Below are positions 12,957 through 25,012 of a stretch of DNA of 64,000 bases, piece after piece. The position numbers and the translations under genes are program-made. The stretch lies in contig OX597836.1 of the NCBI GenBank assembly GCA_951406725.2, forward strand, positions 25,978,001 through 26,042,000. The letters are read 5' to 3'. Below the pieces are notes generated by a model. That model did not search any database. It saw only the letters and a program-made list of their open reading frames with translations, and had not been told where the DNA came from. Origin of the DNA: Octopus vulgaris (Eukaryota). Positions within the stretch are counted from its first letter, which is position 1. Each line of letters begins with the position of its first letter.

Positions 12957-13871
12957 CAGACATGTATATATTAATACACATACACCAAAGCTCACAGCAC
13001 TGCACTCTATTCAAAACGTAGCTCATAAGGACAGACGGAAATTCGTGTGGGGATTTACTAAAACGATAGATAGAAAGAAGCGGAAAAGAGTGAAATGCGC
13101 TAAAATCATTGATAGTATACGAAGTGTTATAACATGGATGATACAGTCGTCCTGATACAGGAGAATCTCCAACTAGGATCATCCAAGGAACCCCACCCGA
13201 TCCAAGATTCCCCTGACCACCAAAAGACACGAGCCCTCTCTCCTGCATTCCAATCTACAAACGCATACTTAGGGTAAAGCCATTTACTCGAACCATTTTT
13301 GTCTCAAATCCACAGGGAAGGAGCTCTTCCCTCTCCACTCTCACTTTCCTTTCTAAATGGAATTTTAAAAAGTCGATGGGGGTTTGACCGAAGAGGACGA
13401 TATCTTTCCCTAGTCCTTACAGCCCCGTCAACCAAACGGCCCCTTTCACCATAGCCACTAGACAAGGGAACGCCCATGATCGTTTTTCACAGGTCATGAG
13501 TTGAACGAATAGTGATAGTTTCTAACATAATCCCAAAGCCTCACATTTGAGAGGAGAGCAGAGTTATGATCAGTTTTTATCTCAGCATAAAGTTGAAGAT
13601 TTATGTGAAATATATATCGTGTGTGTGTGTGTGTGTGTATGTATTGTGCTAAAGTACATGAAGGATCATATATGCTTTTTCGTGTCAGTGGAACATTCAG
13701 TAATGCATACCAGATTGCGTCGACCATAATAGATATGCAGCATCAGCGATATTCGTTGAGTGCTCTTTCGATGGTTCACCTATCTGCCAGCACACACATA
13801 TACATACACACACAAACATACAGACACACATATGTGGATATATATATATGTATGCACACACACATACAAAC

Positions 13872-13904
<33 letters not shown>

Positions 13905-14399
13905 ATACTTCCATATGATATGCATATGTGTACGTGCGTGGGTGATGTGTAAGCATTTCTTGTATAACATTTTATTTGGCATCTCAAGTGGTAATCTTTA
14001 GAACTAAATATTCTACAAGAAACAGATTCGTTTCCTGCATGCTGCACAGAATATTCAATGAACAGGGAAATGCAATGGCGACGATGTTATCTGTTTGAAA
14101 GCACAAGGAGAGTGAGAAAGAGAGTGAGAGAGAGTGGGAAAGAGAGGATAAAGAGGGAGAGTGGGACACACGCTAAGGGAATACTGCAATGGAGTGATGA
14201 CATTACCGTGCAATGATGTCAGAATATTTCATATTCATTGTTGAGTAACTGACATGAATACCAAGAATATGCGCGCGATCGAGTAAAATGCATGTTCATA
14301 TTTAGCCAGCAATCTATCTACCTACCTACCTATCTAAGTAACCATTCTTCCATGAATAGAAAGATAGATAAATAGGTAGATAGATGAAAAAAATAGATG

Positions 14400-14455
14400 A
14401 ATAGATACATAGATACATAGATAGATACATAGATAAAAAATAGATAGGTAGCTAC

Positions 14456-14552
<97 letters not shown>

Positions 14553-14901
14553 AAGATGGATAGATAGATAGATAATAAATAGGTAGGTAGATAGATAGAA
14601 AGTTAGATAGATAAAAAAATAGATAGATAGACAAATAGACAGATAGATAGACAGATAGATAGATACATACATACATGCATACATACATACATACATACAT
14701 GCATACATACATACATACATACATACATACATACATACATACATGCATGCATGCATACATGTATACATACATACATACATACATACATACATACATACAT
14801 ACATACATACATACATACATACATACATACATACATACATACATACATACATGTATACATACATACATACATAAACAGACAGACAGACAGATGGATAGAT
14901 G

Positions 14902-14935
<34 letters not shown>
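14400..14935. repeat. Compound (GATA)n/(CATA)n/(GACA)n/(GA)n microsatellite
   Basis: Direct reading. Confidence 0.95.
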
Positions 14936-15195
14936 AACATACACACGTACATACATATGTACAAACATAAATATTTGCAGACAATAGTTGAGAGCTAGAT
15001 ATGCTCAACATAAAATGCATATAGTAGTGTTCAAATGGATTTGAACACGTTCCCCGAGTTCTTTGTTCAGGGCATCAAAATCGACTCAAACAGAAATGTA
15101 AATAGGTCTGATTTGAATGTAGTAATGCAGATAAACACAGCTTTCTCATTCCATCTCGCTCTCTTTCTCTCTCTCTCTCTCTCTCTATCTATAAA

Positions 15196-15515
15196 AATTT
15201 ATATTATTTAAAATATATATCAAAATTATTAAAAAGATAATGAGTATAACACTACCTCACACACACACACACTCTCTCTGTGTATACATTGTTAAACCTC
15301 GCTAAGATAAATATTTCAATCACCTGAAGATTGACTGTAACTCGAATTATTATGAATTGGACAGCCATGAAACGATGGTAGTGTTATACTCATTATCTTT
15401 TTAATAATTTTGATATATATTTTAAATAATATAAATTAATTAATCTTATGTATTGGCTTAAGTTTTTCATTGTATGATTTGTCTAATAATGGTTTTATCT
15501 CTAATTTAATATAAT
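15196..15515 (+). mobile_element. Penelope-like pLTR remnant with an inverted partial copy
   Basis: Perfect 61-bp inverted repeat 15196-15256 / 15377-15437, HHR motif at 15321-15383, 3' end abuts (TA)n. Confidence 0.65.
15321..15383 (+). ncRNA. Type I hammerhead-like motif with long stem II
   Basis: cac-CTGAAGA-t-tgactgt..acagcca-t-GAAA-cgatgg-TA-gtg. Confidence 0.6.
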
Positions 15516-16142
15516 ATATATATATGTAAATGTGTGTGTGTGTGTGTGTGTGTGTATGTATGCATATATATAGACACGTAAGTAGATGGATAGATAAGTA
15601 AACACCCAGAGATTTTGATTGATAGATAGATACATAGATAGAGCACAAGAAATATAGAACATAATGAAGAAAATATGCAATTCTTAAACTCGACAGCTGT
15701 TTCATAATGCACAGAATTATGTAATTAACATAATAATCACAGTTTGCACATGAAATGTGCAAAACGCCAAGGCTATGTAACCGGTAACTAGTCAAGGAAG
15801 GATTGGTGCATGCGCAATAGTGACAGAGACAGTCGGATGATGGTTTATCAGGCTGAAACTTCGAAGCGACTGTCAGTATTACTCATTTTAAATAATGTAA
15901 GGTATGCAATACATCAATAAGGTATATAGCGATATCTAAACATATGCAAATTTATCCTATAAATATATATTTTTTCACTTTCATGAGAGAAACTAGTGAA
16001 GGTTTTTTTATGTTATATATACATTTTACTTCAGTTTTATATTTAAGAGATGGGGAATTATGTACATTATTTACATTATTTACATATTCCCACGGGCAAC
16101 TTACCCCAAGATTCCGAGTTCGATTCCAGGCAGTGACCTGAA

Positions 16143-16183
<41 letters not shown>

Positions 16184-16185
16184 TT

Positions 16186-16218
<33 letters not shown>

Positions 16219-16220
<2 letters not shown>

Positions 16221-16714
16221 ACCAGAAAAGGTCACAGAAAACGAGAAAGCAACCATACTCTGGGATATGCCGATACACACAGATAGAGAAATTAAGGCCA
16301 ACAGACCAGATATAGTTGTCAGAGATCATTAAGAAAAAAAATGTTTTCTAATTGATGTATCAATACCAGCGGATGACAACGTGTCTCTAAAAGAAATGGA
16401 GAAACTTTCAAAATACAAAGACCTGGAAATAGAGGTAACCAGAATGTGGAATCTAAAAACAGAAACAATTCCTATCATAATAGGTGCATTAGGCATGATA
16501 AAAAAATATTCAGACAAATACATAACAAAAACACCAGGACTTACAAACACATATAACATACAGAAAATTGCACTACTGGGCACTGCGCACATCCTACGCA
16601 GAACACTTTCCATACAATAACCATCAGAGCATTACAACAAATCACGGCACATACCCAAGGCACACAGAGCTGCACTCGGTAGTGAAGTGAAAGCACGCTA
16701 TAAAAAATATACTA

Positions 16715-16718
<4 letters not shown>
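16219..16718 (+). mobile_element. 5'-truncated R4/Dong-like LINE (REL domain plus 3' UTR) in (TAA)n
   Basis: TPEKVTENEKATILWDMPIHTDREIKANRPDIVVRDH*EKKCFLIDVSIP..EKLSKYKDLEIEVTRMW..IGALG; one stop; (TAA)n on both sides. Confidence 0.93.
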
Positions 16719-16785
<67 letters not shown>

Positions 16786-17004
16786 TAATAATAATAATAA
16801 TAATTTTACTATAGGTACAAGGTCTGAAATTTATGGAGCGGAGGCCTGTCGATTAGATCGACCCCAGTACGACGCAACTGGTATTTAATTTATCGATCCC
16901 GAAAGGATGGAAGGCAAAGTCAACCTCGGTGAATTTTAAACATGATAATAATGATAATGATGATGATAAGGATAATAATAATAATGATAATAATAATAAT
17001 GATA

Positions 17005-17055
<51 letters not shown>

Positions 17056-17686
17056 TCCTCAATTTGCCTTAAGACGTGGGAAGTTGTACAACGACAAAAA
17101 TTTGCGCATCATTGCGTGGGAGTGGCTTAAGGAATCGATTATTAAATGTAGAGAGAAAACAGGTATTAAAAATAAACAAAAGATAAAGATAAATTTAGTT
17201 TTATGCCATGATATGTAAATGCTGTGGGTGGAAAACAAAATCACCAACATAAACTTCCTGGGGAACAACCAATAAAGCATTAATTCGTGCAATGTCTTCC
17301 CGTTAGCGTTTCTAATTTAAATTACCGTTAAACTAACTGAAAGTATAATTTCATTTAAATGCTTCAAATTTCATTTATTTTCGGAGGAGAAAATGTTGTT
17401 TAAGGGTAATTATGGTAGCTGACAATGCAGCGATTTCACCGTTGATGTTGGTGTCGCTGATGGTCGACAACGTTACATTTTCCGTGCGTCTGCTACTGGA
17501 GAAATTGTAATTTTTAAACATAAAAATCCTACGAAAATCCATTAAATATTACATTTGATTATCTACGAATTAAATTAGAAACAACAGGTAATCATAGATA
17601 GATATACATATATATGTGTATACATACATACATATATATATATGTATTAATCTATATATGTGTGTGTGTGTGTGTATGTATATACA

Positions 17687-17723
<37 letters not shown>

Positions 17724-17979
17724 CAGAACTACCTTTGTGTTTTTATTAATTATATACTTTTTATTTATTATTTTGTACTTTACTTAATTATTGGTATATG
17801 TTTTATCATATATTTAATTTTTTTCTATATGGTATAATTTAATTATATCATTGTTATTTCATTGTTGAATTGATAAAAGGCGGTTCTTCTCTAATTTATA
17901 TACATACATTATAAATTGTGAAATTTGATTTAGTATTACTAAATTGAATTTTCCCCTGTAAGTTTGAAATAATATTCCC

Positions 17980-18043
<64 letters not shown>

Positions 18044-18054
18044 CTATATATACA

Positions 18055-18410
18055 CGACTGTTCCAGATGATTCGATCAACGGAACAGCCGGCTCATGAAA
18101 TTAACGTGCAAGTGGCTGAGCACTCCACAGACACGTGTACCCTTTACGTAGTTCTCGGGGAGATTCAGCGAGACTCAGAGTGTAACATGGCTGGCCCTTT
18201 GAAATACAGATACAACAGAAACAGGTAGAAAGAGTGAGAGAAAGTTGTAGTGAAAGAGTACAGCAGGGTTCGCCACCACCCCTCTGCCGGAACAGCGCGG
18301 AGCTTTAGGCGTTTTCGCTCAATAAACACTCACAACGCCCGGTCTGGTAATCGAAACTAATTCTACGACCGCAAGTCCGCTGTCCTAACCACTGGGCCAT
18401 TGCGCCTCCT
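18055..18410 (-). mobile_element. SINE family D
   Basis: Reverse complement starts ggaggcgcaatggcccagtggttag..gtttcgatt; homologues at 42088 and 47913. Confidence 0.88.
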
Positions 18411-18434
18411 CACACACACACACAAACACACACA

Positions 18435-18530
<96 letters not shown>

Positions 18531-18899
18531 GACACACACATAAAGATATTTATTTATATATATATAAATATGGTAAAAAGATTCCATAAAATCCCCCACG
18601 TGATGTATAATAGGACAAAATAAAAAAAAAGAAAATGCAGTGATATTAAGATTTTCTTTGTGTAATATGATTACATAATCAACCGGCTTCGTTCGTTTAA
18701 GCTCTTCATGATGGAGCAATTAGTGGTGATGATATAATTTCATTCTGCTAACTGTTTTAGATGAGATGCCGCCTGATAAAACATTGCGTTTGATTAATCT
18801 TCTTTAATCATATCATGATTATCTTTGAAACAGGTATGAAAGTTTTATGAGTAAATACATTTTTCAGTTATATTCTCCAATCTTGTTTCGTTTTATTTG

Positions 18900-19292
18900 T
18901 TTCAACTGTTTCAGTCCTTTGAGTGCGGCCACGCTGGAGCACCACCTTAAGGGGATTTTAGCTGAAGAAATCAGCCTCAGGACTCATTCTTTGTAAGCCT
19001 AGTACTTATTCTCGGTCTCTTTTTCCGAACCGCTAAGTTACGGAAACAGAAACACACTAGCATCTGTTGTCAAGCGATGGCGGGGGCACAAACACAGACA
19101 TACGCATAAATACATGTGTGTGTGTGTGTGTTTACGACAGGCTTCTTTCAGTTTCTGTCTACCAAATCCACTCACGAGGCTTTGGTCTGTCCGAGCTTAT
19201 TGTAGAAAACACTTGCTCAAGGTGCAACGCAGTGGGATTGAACCCAGCACCATGTGGTTGGGAAGCAAGCTTCTTACCACACAGCCCCGCCT
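18900..19292 (-). mobile_element. SINE B
   Basis: Homology to 45071-45491. Confidence 0.88.
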
Positions 19293-19322
19293 TTATATGT
19301 GCATGTGTGTGTTTGTACTTAC

Positions 19323-19397
<75 letters not shown>

Positions 19398-20413
19398 CAT
19401 ACACTTATGTATGTATGTTTGTATGTATGCATTTCATGTATTTGTGTAATTGTCTCTCATCAAAGCAGTTCCTCGGCTCGGCCTCAACTGAATGACTGGA
19501 ACAACTTGATGAATATATTTTACCTTGTGTGTGTGTTTGTGTGTCTTTGTGTTTATCTGTGTTCGCATGTCATTACGAGCAGTTTATTAATGCAAACCAT
19601 TTCACCTATACTTTTGTCGAGTACAAATTTACTATTTTTAAACAAGAATATTATTGGCAGTAACTCGGAAGTTTCGACCGTCTAAGCCATATAAAATCAA
19701 AATAGCGGATTATAGTTAATTAATTAATCCTTTAATTAATAACTGAAACAATATTCCAGCTTTTGCCTTCATAAATATTACTTAATTCTATCTACCGCTC
19801 AACGGTAAACCTGTGCTGCGGCAGCTCATTGTCTGGGAGCAACTTATATGGAGACACGCTCACTGGTTCATTTGCTTTGGGGGTTCGGGTTCGGGTTCCA
19901 TTTTCCCAGAACTTTCCAAGAGTTTCTATTTTGTAACGTAGAGTTCATGTAATATTTTATTACTTGTGTCCTTTCCCATTTTGTTTTTGTTTTCATCCAC
20001 GTGACATCATTATTTGTAACCACAAAATACTGCAAAATCCACTGATTTCAGTTGCTGCTGCTGTTGCGGATGTTGTTGTTGTTATTTTGATCGAAAAGAT
20101 GGTGGTTGTTTATCTTTTTAACTCTAACACAGAAAATATGGCAGCGAAGAAATTGTTTGCCGTGATTGAGGGAGATAAGATTTCGAAGGAAAAATAAATC
20201 TCTGGAGTTAAGACTAGAGATTATATCTGAGTCGATAGTCGATGTTATTGGCTGTTGCTTTTATAATTGTACACATTTAAACGAAGATAATGGAAAAAAA
20301 TTTTTCTTGTGAATTTTACAATTTTTTTAGCTTATAGTTTGTATGTTTTCCCTAAAACAATCTAAATTTGGAATTTATCGGAAGCCAGATATTTTGAATG
20401 TTCTGATAACATA

Positions 20414-20455
20414 AATAATAATAATGATAATAATAATAATAACGATAATAATAAC

Positions 20456-20520
<65 letters not shown>

Positions 20521-20569
20521 TAATAATAATAATAACGATAACAATAATAATAATAATAATAACGATAAC

Positions 20570-20623
<54 letters not shown>
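20414..20623. repeat. (AAT)n microsatellite
   Basis: Direct reading. Confidence 0.95.
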
Positions 20624-21201
20624 CACCACCCTGAGGCTGTAACTGAAGGAGAAAATGTAACCATTCTGTGGGACTTTCCAGTACATACAGACCGAACCAT
20701 CAAGGCCAATAAACCAGATATTGTTGTGAAAGACCAAAACAATAAAGTTTGCTTATTGATAGACATGAGCATCCCCTGTGATCATAATATCTCAGCGAAA
20801 GAGTTTGACAAGCTCAGAAAATATAAAGACCTACTCATTGAAATTGAGAAAATGTGGCATCTCAAGGCGGTTACAATACCAGTGATCGTAGGAGCACTAG
20901 GAATGATCAAGAAGGGAACCGAAAATTATATGAGAATGATCCCTGGCTTACCATCCCTGCAAGAAGTGCAAAAGATTGTCTTAACTGGTACATCACACGT
21001 ATTGAGAAGAGCATTGTCGATGTGAGAACTGTTGCTGCTCATGTATTTTAATTTAACTTTAAAAAAAAAAATTTTTTAAATGAACGAACTACTGAGTTTG
21101 GTTTAATGGCCTACCAATGTATACTATGAGTTTCTTTGCCCTAGGAGTCGGGAAGACACTCGGCAAGAAATGATAGCAAATTTGAAAGAAGAAAAAAAAA
21201 A

Positions 21202-21202
<1 letters not shown>
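20624..21202 (+). mobile_element. 5'-truncated R4/Dong-like LINE, second subfamily; open frame 20624-21025
   Basis: HHPEAVTEGENVTILWDFPVHTDRTIKANKPDIVVKDQNNKVCLLIDMSIP..KLRKYKDLLIEIEKMW..VGALG..RRALSM*; (TAA)n on both sides. Confidence 0.93.
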
Positions 21203-21259
<57 letters not shown>

Positions 21260-21384
21260 TAATAAAAGAGATCCTGTGAGACCTCAGACAGCAGGTTGCT
21301 GTCCGGTGTCACTGAGTCGTCCAAAGCAAGTAAGGGCGAGAGCTCTGACAAGTAAATTACGAATAACAACAAGGATTGTTTCAA

Positions 21385-21596
21385 ACTTTTGCACAAGGCC
21401 AGCAGTTTTTAGAGGGATAGTGTTAGTCGATTGCATTTACTCCCCAGAATATGACTGGTACTTTATTTTATCGACTCCGAAAAGGATGAAAGGCAAAGTT
21501 GATCTCAGTGGTATTCTAATTCGGAACATAAAGATCTGGAACAAAATACCGTTAAGCATTTTGTCCAGCACACAAGCGATTCAACCATTTCGCCAT
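21385..21596 (-). mobile_element. Diverged SINE A
   Basis: ctggtactttattttatcgactccgaaaaggatgaaaggcaaagttgatctc. Confidence 0.75.
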
Positions 21597-22735
21597 CTTA
21601 TATGTTATATAAGTTCTCACGTTATGAGAGCATTAAGCAGTGATAAGTATGAATACAATGTTATTACAAGTCCGAATACGCACGTTCGAACTTGTAAACA
21701 AGCCATTCACCGTGTTTTACCATGGAGAAAATTTCTCGCTGTAGACGTATGGTGAAAATACACCCAAATCAACTTGCAGCGCCACCTATACACTCAAATC
21801 AGCTCGCAGCGCCACCTGTCCAGATTGTGATATTAACAATGTTTTCTTTATTGACTCGAAGGACCGCATAGAAACTTCTAACGAAATATAAAGAGAAGGA
21901 ATTGTGGTGATTTCCATCCAATCCTTTGCGCGATAATGAACAGTAATTAATAAATGAGTTCGAACAACAAAATTCCCCCTACGGTAGAGAAGTCCCACCA
22001 GGGGTAACAAAGAAACTTCTTACATTCCGAACCAGCCTACTCACCAGGAGTACCAAAGCAAGTCCTCCTCTGTTCTCGCACTCGGGCCATCATCGGTACA
22101 TTCACCACCCACCTTTCTACAAATATTTAGGGTGTGGTGCAGCGCATCCCCCTCAAACCCCACCTACCTTTTTAAGTGGAATTGAAAATAGTTGGCCGTA
22201 GGGGAAAGTAACTGTTTTCAGTCCTTTCACTCTCTTCCAACTCACAAACACATTTGCCATTCACTGCGGTTAGAGAAACAAAAGTTGGGGACAGGACGAT
22301 TCCGATGCTGGATTCGGCCGATAGCCGGTCCTATCATTACAAGCCAATGAACATTGCATATTTTACATACTCTAGAAATACCAAAGCCACCCGGTATTTC
22401 ATCAGACCCAATGAACACCGGGGAAAATATAAAAAATATTTTCTAGAAATGTCAGAGTCACTTGGTATTTCACCCGAGCCACTGAATACTCTAGACATTA
22501 TATAACTATTTTCATGAATTATCAGTTCCGTTTTACATTTCACCAAAGCTATATAACTTAGTAATATCTTACAAAAAATAATTCTGTCTACTTCTATTTC
22601 ACCAGAGAGAATTTTGTTTTTCTCTGCTGTTAAAATATGATACGATGTTGAAAGCTAAATAATCACTCTACCTGCAACTGTATCCTATCAAAAATAATCT
22701 ACAGCGTTATTTTACTACACTATAAGGCGGTGAGT

Positions 22736-23040
22736 GGAGGCACATGGCCTAGTGGTAAAAGCAGCGAGCTCGCAGTCGAGGGATCGCGCGTTCGAATCTC
22801 AGACCGGGCGATGTGTGTGTTTATGAGCGAAACACCAAAGCTCCACGCGGCTCCACCAGAAGGTAATGGCGAACTTCTGCTGATTCTTTCGCCACAACTT
22901 TCTCTCACTCTTTCTTCTTGCATCCAGCAGCTCACCTGCGACGGACCGGCGTTCCATCCATGTGGGGAACCTATACGCCAAGGAAACTGGGAAACCGGCC
23001 CTTATGAGCCAGGGATGGCTTGAGAAGGAACAAACAAAAA
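22736..23040 (+). mobile_element. SINE D variant with alternative tail
   Basis: tggcctagtggtaa..gttcgaatctc head, shared D body, tail ccggcccttatgagcc..aggaacaaac. Confidence 0.8.
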
Positions 23041-23717
23041 CAACAATAAGGTGGCGAGCTGGCTGAATCGTTAGCACACCGGGCGAAATGCTTTGGATGT
23101 ATGCATATATGAATGTGTGTCATTGTTCAGTTTTATTTCAAGATTTCTTGCCAATAGAGACAGAGCTGGTTTCAAATCTAGATTCAAGACGCCTTCATTG
23201 GAATTTCAACATCAACAACAGGGTATTTTTGTTTGTTTGTTTGTTTGTTTGCTTGTATGTATGTATGTATGTATGTATGTATGTATGTATGTATGTATGT
23301 GCAGATTTGCCTGTTTTATTTCATGCATGTATACCTGTTGAGCTGCTGTTTTTGTTCTGTTCCTCGGTTATGTTGCTGTCGATGTTGTGTCCAGCCATGT
23401 TCTTTGTAGCAAATCTCTCCATGGTCAATTCCATTTTCAGTCGAAAATCACTACGATCTTAGATAAAAGACTCCCTTAGTTAATTTCACCTGAAGATCAA
23501 CCAGTTATTTAACAGGGTTGATAGTTGTAGCTTCAAAGTTGGAGAGAGTATTTTCGATAAATTGTATCCCACGTCAAATACACGACTTGATGCTTCGAGT
23601 GTGTGATGTATGTATGTATGTATGTATGTATGTATGTATGTATGTATTATGTATGCATGTATGTAATTCACAGTTCTGTAGAGCAACTTTGTTCTTTATA
23701 CTATTTCATTCACTGAA

Positions 23718-24333
23718 GGCGGCGAGCTGGCAGAAAAGGTTAGCACGCCGGGCGAAATGTTTAGCAACATTTCGTCTGCTGTTACGTTCTGAGTTCAAAT
23801 TCCGCCGAGGTCGACTTTGTCTTTCATCCTTTCGGGGTCGATTAAATAAGTACCAGTTACGCACTAGGGTCGATATAATCGACTTAATCCGTTTGTCTGT
23901 CCTTGTTTGTCCTCTCTGTGTTTAGCCCCTTGTGGGTAGTAAAGAAATAGGTATTTCGTCTGCCGCTACGTTCTGAGTTCAAATTCCGCCGAGGTCGACG
24001 TTGCTTTTCATCCTTTCAGGGTCGATTAAATAAGTACCAGTTACGTACTGGGGTCGATATAATCGACTTAATCCGTTTGTCTGTCCTTGTTTGTCCTCCC
24101 TGTGTTTAGCCCCTTGTGGGCAGTAAAGAAATAAGAAACGTTAGCACTCCGGACGAAATGCTTAGCGGTATTTCGTCTGTCTTTACGTTCTGAGTTCAAA
24201 TTCCGCCGGGGTCGACTTTGCCTTTCATCCTTTCGAGGTCGATAAATTAAGTACCAGTTGCGTACAGAGATCGATCTAATCGACTGGTCCTCTCCCCCAA
24301 AATTTCCGGCCTTGTGCCTAGAGTAGAAAAGAA
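23718..24333 (+). mobile_element. SINE A trimer bounded by one TSD pair
   Basis: Three cores in tandem; 16-bp TSD tatttcattcactgaa at 23702-23717 and 24334-24349. Confidence 0.92.
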
Positions 24334-24945
24334 TATTTCATTCACTGAAATTATGGGTTCAAGTTCAAGTCCAGACACGTACACATTCCTCTGACATGGA
24401 AATGAACATTTAGGACAATTTATTAAAATTTACTGAAGCTTTACCACCATAGCTGTATTGTAGAAGATTATTAGAAATTGATTATGTACACGAGTTTATT
24501 CCATTGTTGAGATTTTTTTAAGAGTTTGCTATATACATTTTCTTTTCAATGTAGTTTCAATCATTTTAATAATATTTTCACAATGAAAAAGGGCAAAGAA
24601 AAATAAAGCAATTCTTTCTTATAAACAATAATTTCTGTTTCTATTCAAATCTTAACACAAATATAAAAATAATAGATAATAACTCTCAAAGTAGGAGAGG
24701 TGTCAATTATATACCAATGACTATAGCTGTCAACGACGTTCTCTCCTAATACTATCTTCAGAGCAATCTATGAGGAATTTACGCCATCTCAATTAGTTAA
24801 TATATAACAGAAATATATTAAAGTTATCTCTACAGATACCTTATAGAAATTATAGCCAACACTGATTTCTGCTACGACGTTTTGTATGCGAGACGTCAGA
24901 TGTAAACAACCAATGATTTTGAAGACGAAATATGGCGTATATGGC

Positions 24946-25012
24946 GTAATGGGTGCATATACCGTATTTCGGGAGTTCTTGCCCTTTCATCAGCGCCCAT
25001 CTTACCCATTAC
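24946..25012 (-). ncRNA. Type I hammerhead ribozyme candidate with bulged stem I
   Basis: gtaatgggt-aagatgg-gcg-CTGATGA-aa-ggg-caagaact-ccc-GAAA-tacggta-TA-tgc-acccattac. Confidence 0.7.

Noticed and set aside
15020-15048. 17-nt match tatagtagtgttcaaat to 61279-61295 plus a 10-bp hairpin
   Set aside because: Too short and AT-rich to claim homology or function
15676-15830. Minus-strand GAAACAGCTGTC half-hammerhead
   Set aside because: The 3' half looks Penelope-like but no CUGANGA strand survives
23490-23530. CTGAAGA-tcaacc..ggttga as a hammerhead
   Set aside because: No GAAA, stem III or stem I after the hairpin
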